Source: a virus
Lineage: Duplodnaviria > Heunggongvirae > Uroviricota > Caudoviricetes
Reading direction: 5' to 3' (one strand)
DNA length: 4,987 nt
Virus record (IMG/VR): IMGVR_UViG_2690316166_000020
Positions within the stretch are counted from its first letter, which is position 1; every line of letters begins with the position of its first letter. The position numbers and the translations under genes are program-made. Shown here piece after piece: positions 1-4,987 of the stretch. Below the pieces are notes generated by a model. That model saw only the letters and a list, made by a program, of their open reading frames with translations. It was not told where the DNA came from and searched no databases.

Positions 1-28
1 ACACTATCAATAAGTTGGAGTCATTACC
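1..28. repeat. Left copy of a perfect 28-bp inverted repeat (partner at 4957-4984)
   Basis: Read directly: 1-28 acactatcaataagttggagtcattacc is the exact reverse complement of 4957-4984 ggtaatgactccaacttattgatagtgt. The match breaks inward at 29/4956. Outward extension cannot be tested because the left copy starts at window position 1. Confidence 0.95.
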
Positions 29-410
29 CGTTAAAACATCTGCAGATAATGACGTTGACTTGGATACAGATGGATTCAGACAACTGAGGATATCGTGCCC
101 ATCCCCTTCTGCCAGCGGTGCGATTATATTGAGAAAAGCTTCTTATGAATTCGGCAAAAGTATAGGTGTATTTGATTTTGCAAACAATGCATCACCAGCG
201 ACGATGACATTTTTGATCCCAATATATAAAGATGATGATTTTGATTCAGATACTGTTGGTTTTACATTTGCGTTCAAGATGCCAAGAGGCCAGTTTTTTG
301 TAGATGTAAAAGAAAACGGGAATATCAGAGCTGGAGTTAATGTTAATGGCGAGTCGGGAGTGACCTACGAAAATTGCAAATTGAATATGAAAGATATTAA
401 TGATGATTAA
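3..410 (+). CDS. 3' portion (about 135 codons) of an AT-rich ORF of unknown function; the 5' end probably lies upstream of the window
   Basis: Frame 3 is open from the first full codon (pos 3) to TAA at 408-410. The track start at 15 is a TTG with no Shine-Dalgarno; the first in-frame ATG (204-206) also lacks an SD, so the gene most likely begins upstream. Hand-counted GC is about 35% versus about 60% in the downstream tail genes. The translation (...KDDDFDSDTVGFTFAFKMPRGQFFVDVKENGNIRAGVNVNGESG...) is beta-rich and acidic, with no motif I recognise. It is the only long ORF on either strand in 1-410 and is followed by a terminator. Confidence 0.55.
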   Translation, partial: TINKLESLPVKTSADNDVDLDTDGFRQLRISCPSPSASGAIILRKASYEFGKSIGVFDFANNASPATMTFLIPIYKDDDFDSDTVGFTFAFKMPRGQFFVDVKENGNIRAGVNVNGESGVTYENCKLNMKDINDD

Positions 411-416
411 TATATA

Positions 417-442
417 AGCCGCCAGAAATTGGCGGTTTTTTT
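417..442 (+). terminator. Rho-independent terminator downstream of the AT-rich ORF
   Basis: Stem 419-424 (ccgcca) pairs with 430-435 (tggcgg), 6 bp, with one or two extra closing pairs (418 G-U, 417 A-U). Loop is gaaat (425-429). A run of 7 T follows (436-442). It lies 7 nt after the TAA stop. Confidence 0.6.
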
Positions 443-456
443 ATAGTGGAGACAGT

Positions 457-1977
457 ATGGACTTACCTTCTTTACCTTCTCTTTCTTCACTCTTTTCTGC
501 ATCTTCAGGTATCAATTGGCGCGATAATCTTTACGACGCTTCATTTCGTGGCGTTCCGTTTTCGGTGGAGAGCGACGAGGGTTCGTTCGGACGCCGCGTT
601 CAGGTCCATGAATACCCAAACCGTGACAAACCGTACACGGAAGATCTCGGGCGTGCCACGCGACGGCTGACGATTAATGCGTATCTCGTTGGTGATGATT
701 ACGCAGAGCAGCGCGACAGGCTGATTACAGCGATTGAAACCGCCGGGCCGGGGACGCTGATCCATCCGCAGTTCGGTGAAATGCAGGGCTGTATTGACGG
801 GCAGGTGACCGTTTCTCACTCCGGCACTGAAGGCCGTATGTGCCGGGTTTCATTTCAGTTTGTTGAGAGCGGGGAACTGTCATTTCCGGTCGCCGGANNN
901 NNNNNNNNNNNNNNNNNNNNNNNNNNNNNNNNNNNNNNNNNNNNNNNNNNNNNNNNNNNNNNNNNNNNNNNNNNNNNNNNNNNNNNNNNNNNNNNNNNNN
1001 NNNNNNNNNNNNNNNNNNNNNNNNNNNNNNNNNNNNNNNNNNNNNNNNNNNNNNNNNNNNNNNNNNNNNNNNNNNNNNNNNNNNNNNNNNNNNNNNNNNN
1101 NNNNNNNNNNNNNNNNNNNNNNNNNNNNNNNNNNNNNNNNNNNNNNNNNNNNNNNNNNNNNNNNNNNNNNNNNNNNNNNNNNNNNNNNNNNNNNNNNNNN
1201 NNNNNNNNNNNNNNNNNNNNNNNNNNNNNNNNNNNNNNNNNNNNNNNNNNNNNNNNNNNNNNNNNNNNNNNNNNNNNNNNNNNNNNNNNNNNNNNNNNCT
1301 GGCGGGCCGGAACCCGGCTGGTGGATAACACACAGGATCTGGTGCAGTCCATAACGACAATGTCCGGCATTACGCTGGACCCAGGACTGGCACCGCGTGC
1401 GGTGTGGCCCACAGATTCCGCATCGGTTATCAGGCAAAAACAGCAGACAAACCTTGTGGCTGCTGTCATCCGGACGACGGCAATCAGCGAAGCCACAAGG
1501 GCGGTCACTTCACTGCCACAACCCGGAAGCCTGGTGAAAAATCAGCAGGCGGTTGTGGCTGTTGGTGGTTCCACTGAACGTCAGTCCGATATTATTCACG
1601 TTTCTCATCCGGCACTTGACAGCGTGGCAGCCAGCACAGGACAGGATGAGAGAGCGCAACCACCCACGCGGGAAAATCTCACCATCATACGCGAATCGCT
1701 GAACGCGGCGATTGAACAGGAGCTCAGGCGTACGGCGGATGACAGGCTGTTTTTTCAGCTGACGTCATTACGTACAGAACTGAACCGGGATATTCAGGCG
1801 CGTCTGGTTCAGACGGAGGAAACCGCAGAGCGAACGCCAGCGGAAGTTCTGCCTGCGCTTGTTCTGGCTGCGTCATGGTACGACGATGCGTCCCGTGAAA
1901 CTGATATCCTGGATCGAAATGCCATCTCTCATCCGGGCTTTGTTCCGGTCAGGGCATTAAGGGTACCCGTCAGATGA
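457..1977 (+). CDS. Mu N-like tail protein (DNA circularization protein family), 506 codons, internally masked
   Basis: ATG at 457 is preceded by GGAG (448-451) with a 5-nt spacer; the ORF runs to TGA 1975-1977. Visible parts are the N-terminal 147 aa and C-terminal about 225 aa (898-1298 masked). The N-terminal region (...DNLYDASFRGVPFSVESDEGSFGRRVQVHEYPNRDKPYTEDLGRATRRL...YLVGDDYAEQRDRL...GPGTLIHPQFG...) matches my recollection of the DNA-circularization N-terminal domain family of Mu-like phages. Length (about 500 aa) and position directly upstream of, and overlapping by ATGA with, a P-like gene fit Mu order N-P. No database search was possible. Confidence 0.75.
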   Translation: MDLPSLPSLSSLFSASSGINWRDNLYDASFRGVPFSVESDEGSFGRRVQVHEYPNRDKPYTEDLGRATRRLTINAYLVGDDYAEQRDRLITAIETAGPGTLIHPQFGEMQGCIDGQVTVSHSGTEGRMCRVSFQFVESGELSFPVAGXXXXXXXXXXXXXXXXXXXXXXXXXXXXXXXXXXXXXXXXXXXXXXXXXXXXXXXXXXXXXXXXXXXXXXXXXXXXXXXXXXXXXXXXXXXXXXXXXXXXXXXXXXXXXXXXXXXXXXXXXXXXXXXXXXXXXXWRAGTRLVDNTQDLVQSITTMSGITLDPGLAPRAVWPTDSASVIRQKQQTNLVAAVIRTTAISEATRAVTSLPQPGSLVKNQQAVVAVGGSTERQSDIIHVSHPALDSVAASTGQDERAQPPTRENLTIIRESLNAAIEQELRRTADDRLFFQLTSLRTELNRDIQARLVQTEETAERTPAEVLPALVLAASWYDDASRETDILDRNAISHPGFVPVRALRVPVR

Positions 1978-2666
1978 ATGATACCGTTTTACTTCGGGTT
2001 TCCGGTCGCGAATGGGGCGGCTGGACATCCGTCCGTATCAGTGCGGGCATTAACCGTATTGCCCGGGATTTTAATGTTGCCATTACCACCCGCTGGCCCG
2101 GAAGCCGGGATTATCAACCCCGGATAAAAAATGGTGAGCTGGTTGAAGTGCTTATCGGGGATGAGCCTGTGCTCACCGGATATGTGGAGGCACTACCGCT
2201 TCGTTATGACGCCAGCAGCGTCAGCATGGGAATTGTNNNNNNNNNNNNNNNNNNNNNNNNNNNNNNNNNNNNNNNNNNNNNNNNNNNNNNNNNNNNNNNN
2301 NNNNNNNNNNNNNNNNNNNNNNNNNNNNNNNNNNNNNNNNNNNNNNNNNNNNNNNNNNNNNNNNNNNNNNNNNNNNNNNNNNNNNNNNNNNNNNNNNNNN
2401 NNNNNNNNNNNNNNNNNNNNNNNNNNNNNNNNNNNNNNNNNNNNNNNNNNNNNNNNNNNNNNNNNNNNNNNNNNNNNNNNNNNNNNNNNNNNNNNNNNNN
2501 NNNNNNNNNNNNNNNNNNNNNNNNNNNNNNNNNNNNNNNNNNNNNNNNNNNNNNNNNNNNNNNNNNNNNNNNNNNNNNNNNNNNNNNNNNNNNNNNNNNN
2601 NNNNNNNNNNNNNNNNNNNNNNNNNNNNNNNNNNNNNNNNNNNNNNNNNNNNNNGCGGTTTTCTGA
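1974..2666 (+). CDS. Mu P-like baseplate/hub protein; start well supported, true 3' end uncertain (masked)
   Basis: ATG at 1974 overlaps the stop of the upstream gene (ATGA, 1974-1977). The visible N-terminal 87 aa (MNDTVLLRVSGREWGGWTSVRISAGINRIARDFNVAITTRWPGSRDYQPRIKNGELVEVLIGDEPVLTGYVE...) resemble Mu P / late-control-D-like tail proteins as I recall them. 2237-2654 is masked. The end coordinate 2666 is only the first in-frame stop in the unmasked island 2655-2739; the gene may really extend into the 2740-4235 mask (Mu P is, from memory, about 380 aa). Confidence 0.55.
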   Translation: MNDTVLLRVSGREWGGWTSVRISAGINRIARDFNVAITTRWPGSRDYQPRIKNGELVEVLIGDEPVLTGYVEALPLRYDASSVSMGIXXXXXXXXXXXXXXXXXXXXXXXXXXXXXXXXXXXXXXXXXXXXXXXXXXXXXXXXXXXXXXXXXXXXXXXXXXXXXXXXXXXXXXXXXXXXXXXXXXXXXXXXXXXXXXXXXXXXXXXXXXXXXXXXXXXXXXXXXXXXAVF

Positions 2667-4235
2667 ATATCAGGTCAGTGGGCAGCGCCCGGGCAACGAC
2701 GATGATTTTGGTGAGGCCACCATTGCCGCAATACGTCANNNNNNNNNNNNNNNNNNNNNNNNNNNNNNNNNNNNNNNNNNNNNNNNNNNNNNNNNNNNNN
2801 NNNNNNNNNNNNNNNNNNNNNNNNNNNNNNNNNNNNNNNNNNNNNNNNNNNNNNNNNNNNNNNNNNNNNNNNNNNNNNNNNNNNNNNNNNNNNNNNNNNN
2901 NNNNNNNNNNNNNNNNNNNNNNNNNNNNNNNNNNNNNNNNNNNNNNNNNNNNNNNNNNNNNNNNNNNNNNNNNNNNNNNNNNNNNNNNNNNNNNNNNNNN
3001 NNNNNNNNNNNNNNNNNNNNNNNNNNNNNNNNNNNNNNNNNNNNNNNNNNNNNNNNNNNNNNNNNNNNNNNNNNNNNNNNNNNNNNNNNNNNNNNNNNNN
3101 NNNNNNNNNNNNNNNNNNNNNNNNNNNNNNNNNNNNNNNNNNNNNNNNNNNNNNNNNNNNNNNNNNNNNNNNNNNNNNNNNNNNNNNNNNNNNNNNNNNN
3201 NNNNNNNNNNNNNNNNNNNNNNNNNNNNNNNNNNNNNNNNNNNNNNNNNNNNNNNNNNNNNNNNNNNNNNNNNNNNNNNNNNNNNNNNNNNNNNNNNNNN
3301 NNNNNNNNNNNNNNNNNNNNNNNNNNNNNNNNNNNNNNNNNNNNNNNNNNNNNNNNNNNNNNNNNNNNNNNNNNNNNNNNNNNNNNNNNNNNNNNNNNNN
3401 NNNNNNNNNNNNNNNNNNNNNNNNNNNNNNNNNNNNNNNNNNNNNNNNNNNNNNNNNNNNNNNNNNNNNNNNNNNNNNNNNNNNNNNNNNNNNNNNNNNN
3501 NNNNNNNNNNNNNNNNNNNNNNNNNNNNNNNNNNNNNNNNNNNNNNNNNNNNNNNNNNNNNNNNNNNNNNNNNNNNNNNNNNNNNNNNNNNNNNNNNNNN
3601 NNNNNNNNNNNNNNNNNNNNNNNNNNNNNNNNNNNNNNNNNNNNNNNNNNNNNNNNNNNNNNNNNNNNNNNNNNNNNNNNNNNNNNNNNNNNNNNNNNNN
3701 NNNNNNNNNNNNNNNNNNNNNNNNNNNNNNNNNNNNNNNNNNNNNNNNNNNNNNNNNNNNNNNNNNNNNNNNNNNNNNNNNNNNNNNNNNNNNNNNNNNN
3801 NNNNNNNNNNNNNNNNNNNNNNNNNNNNNNNNNNNNNNNNNNNNNNNNNNNNNNNNNNNNNNNNNNNNNNNNNNNNNNNNNNNNNNNNNNNNNNNNNNNN
3901 NNNNNNNNNNNNNNNNNNNNNNNNNNNNNNNNNNNNNNNNNNNNNNNNNNNNNNNNNNNNNNNNNNNNNNNNNNNNNNNNNNNNNNNNNNNNNNNNNNNN
4001 NNNNNNNNNNNNNNNNNNNNNNNNNNNNNNNNNNNNNNNNNNNNNNNNNNNNNNNNNNNNNNNNNNNNNNNNNNNNNNNNNNNNNNNNNNNNNNNNNNNN
4101 NNNNNNNNNNNNNNNNNNNNNNNNNNNNNNNNNNNNNNNNNNNNNNNNNNNNNNNNNNNNNNNNNNNNNNNNNNNNNNNNNNNNNNNNNNNNNNNNNNNN
4201 NNNNNNNNNNNNNNNNNNNNNNNNNNNNNNNNNNN

Positions 4236-4370
4236 GTTGCTTCCCGTCTTGATATTAACGCTGTCCGGACCGGGACAGACTCGCTGGCACTTGCCATTAC
4301 CATTTACCAGCGTGACGGCAATATTCACAACATTATTTTTGATGATATCTGGAGTGAACTGAATGGCTGA
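4236..4370 (+). CDS. C-terminal 44 codons of a small baseplate protein (possibly gp25/W-like wedge, Mu gp46 position); 5' end masked
   Basis: Frame 0 is open from the mask edge to TGA 4368-4370 (...VASRLDINAVRTGTDSLALAITIYQRDGNIHNIIFDDIWSELNG*). It is more protein-like than the alternative frame ending at 4362. The stop overlaps the start of the next gene by 8 nt. Family assignment rests on synteny (gene immediately upstream of a Baseplate-J-like gene) and a loose resemblance to gp25/W C-termini. Confidence 0.4.
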   Translation, partial: VASRLDINAVRTGTDSLALAITIYQRDGNIHNIIFDDIWSELNG

Positions 4371-4987
4371 CAGTCAGTTTTATCGCCCCGGCCTCCCGCA
4401 ACTTATTTCTATGATCCGGAGCGATTTATTAACCCGCTTTGAGCAGGATACGCTGCTTCGTCGTATGGATGCGGAAGTGTATGCCCGTGTACAGGCTGCA
4501 GCCGTACACACGTTGTACGGGTATATCGATTATCTTGCCAGAAATCTGTTACCGGACGTGTGTGATGAAGACTGGCTGTACCGGCACGCCAGAATCAAAC
4601 GCTGCCCGCGAAAAGAAGCGGTGGCAGCCCGGGGATTTGTGCGCTGGGATGGCGTAGAGGGGACGCCGGTATTGCCAGCGGGAACGCAGATCCAGCGTGA
4701 TAATCAGGTGACCTTTACCACGACGGCGACGGTGACCGCAGCCGATGGTCTTCTCCGGGTGCCTGTTGTGGCAGACGAACCGGGATCGGCGGGGAATACG
4801 GATGATGGTATTGCCATGCAACTGGGAACACCCGTCAGTGGTCTGCCGTCCACAGGGTACGCTGACACCATTACAGACGGTGAAGATATTGAAAATCTGG
4901 AAATATGGCGTGCCCGCGTTATGGAACGTTATTACTACATTCCACAGGGGGGCGCAGGTAATGACTCCAACTTATTGATAGTGTTTT
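4363..4987 (+). CDS. Baseplate J-like protein (Mu gp47 / P2 gpJ family), N-terminal 208 codons; continues beyond the right edge
   Basis: ATG at 4363 is preceded by GGAG (4351-4354) with an 8-nt spacer. My hand translation finds no stop through 4986 (MADSQFYRPGLPQLISMIRSDLLTRFEQDTLLRRMDAEVYARVQAAAVHTLYGYIDYLARNLLPDVCDEDWLYRHARIKRCPRKEAVAARGFVRWDGVEGTPVLPAGTQIQRDNQVTFTTTATVTAADGLLRVPVVADEPGSAGNTDDGIAMQLGTPVSGLPSTGYADTITDGEDIENLEIWRARVMERYYYIPQGGAGNDSNLLIVF). It is absent from the supplied track only because it has no stop in the window. The sequence is typical of the N-terminal region of Baseplate_J family proteins as I recall them. Confidence 0.75.
   Translation, partial: MADSQFYRPGLPQLISMIRSDLLTRFEQDTLLRRMDAEVYARVQAAAVHTLYGYIDYLARNLLPDVCDEDWLYRHARIKRCPRKEAVAARGFVRWDGVEGTPVLPAGTQIQRDNQVTFTTTATVTAADGLLRVPVVADEPGSAGNTDDGIAMQLGTPVSGLPSTGYADTITDGEDIENLEIWRARVMERYYYIPQGGAGNDSNLLIVF
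4957..4984. repeat. Right copy of the perfect 28-bp inverted repeat (partner at 1-28), lying inside the Baseplate-J-like CDS
   Basis: Exact reverse complement of 1-28. In the J-like frame it encodes ...GNDSNLLIV...; the left copy encodes TINKLESLP in the AT-rich ORF. Confidence 0.95.

Noticed and set aside
15-17. TTG at 15 as the start codon of the AT-rich ORF (as listed in the track)
   Set aside because: No Shine-Dalgarno upstream, the frame is open back to the window edge, and it lies inside the 28-bp repeat; more likely the ORF begins upstream of the window.
1-28. Hin/Gin/Cin-type invertase crossover site (hix/gix-like) marking a G-segment-style tail-fibre switch
   Set aside because: The 28-mer shows only partial resemblance to a TTATCAAAAACC half-site and has no internal dyad around a 2-bp core (half-site comparison gives about 3/12 matches). 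The repeats flank co-directional baseplate genes rather than alternative tail-fibre C-termini. In the inverted orientation the incoming ORF would hit a stop 7 codons after the repeat (TINKLESLPAPPCGM*). A different recombinase class cannot be excluded, so the repeat itself is still reported as a finding.
441-446. tatagt as a -10 promoter element for the N-like gene
   Set aside because: It lies within the terminator T-tract and immediately abuts the SD; a transcript starting downstream would lack the ribosome-binding site, and no -35 partner is evident.
541-819. Minus-strand 92-aa ORF and plus-strand alternative-frame ORF 446..670 inside the N-like gene
   Set aside because: Shadow ORFs within a well-supported longer CDS; Arg/Pro-rich translations typical of antisense GC-rich coding DNA; no SD.
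725-1508. Track ORFs 725..1360(-), 855..1508(-), 860..1354(+), 880..1437(-), composed mostly of X
   Set aside because: They span the N-masked block 898-1298; their length is an artefact of translating N as X, and the flanking real residues lie on the antisense strand or off-frame of the N-like gene.
2131-4362. Track ORFs 2131..4362(+), 2675..4303(-), 2678..4252(+), 2736..4328(-), each 500-740 aa of X
   Set aside because: Artefacts of the 2237-2654 and 2740-4235 masks. Only the short unmasked ends carry information, and those are better explained by the P-like gene, the small baseplate protein ending at 4370 and the J-like gene.
4439-4978. ORFs 4439..4657(+), 4549..4821(-), 4745..4978(+) inside the J-like gene
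   Set aside because: Alternative-frame or antisense ORFs nested in the Baseplate-J-like CDS; Cys/Arg-rich implausible translations.
1-4987. Diversity-generating retroelement (TR/VR) or CRISPR array
   Set aside because: No direct repeats with spacer periodicity and no long imperfect direct repeat pair were seen in the readable sequence; masked regions cannot be checked.

Overview
About 48% of this window is N-masked (898-1298, 2237-2654, 2740-4235), so only about 2.6 kb can be read. The readable part is a co-directional (+ strand) fragment of a Mu-like myophage/prophage tail-baseplate module, with GC around 60% on hand-counted stretches. In order: (i) the 3' end of an AT-rich ORF of unknown function (about 35% GC) that enters from upstream of the window; (ii) a rho-independent terminator; (iii) a 506-codon gene resembling the Mu N 'DNA circularization' tail protein family; (iv) a translationally coupled gene resembling the Mu P baseplate/hub family, whose 3' end is lost in masking; (v) the last 44 codons of a small protein, possibly a gp25/W-like baseplate wedge; (vi) the first 208 codons of a Baseplate-J-like protein that runs off the right edge. 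Family assignments are from my recollection of these protein families, not from a search. The most striking observation is a perfect 28-bp inverted repeat sitting exactly at the two ends of the window (1-28 and 4957-4984), each copy inside a different coding sequence. I see no rRNA, tRNA, CRISPR array, or recognisable defence or toxin genes in the readable sequence; the masked 1.5 kb block cannot be assessed.
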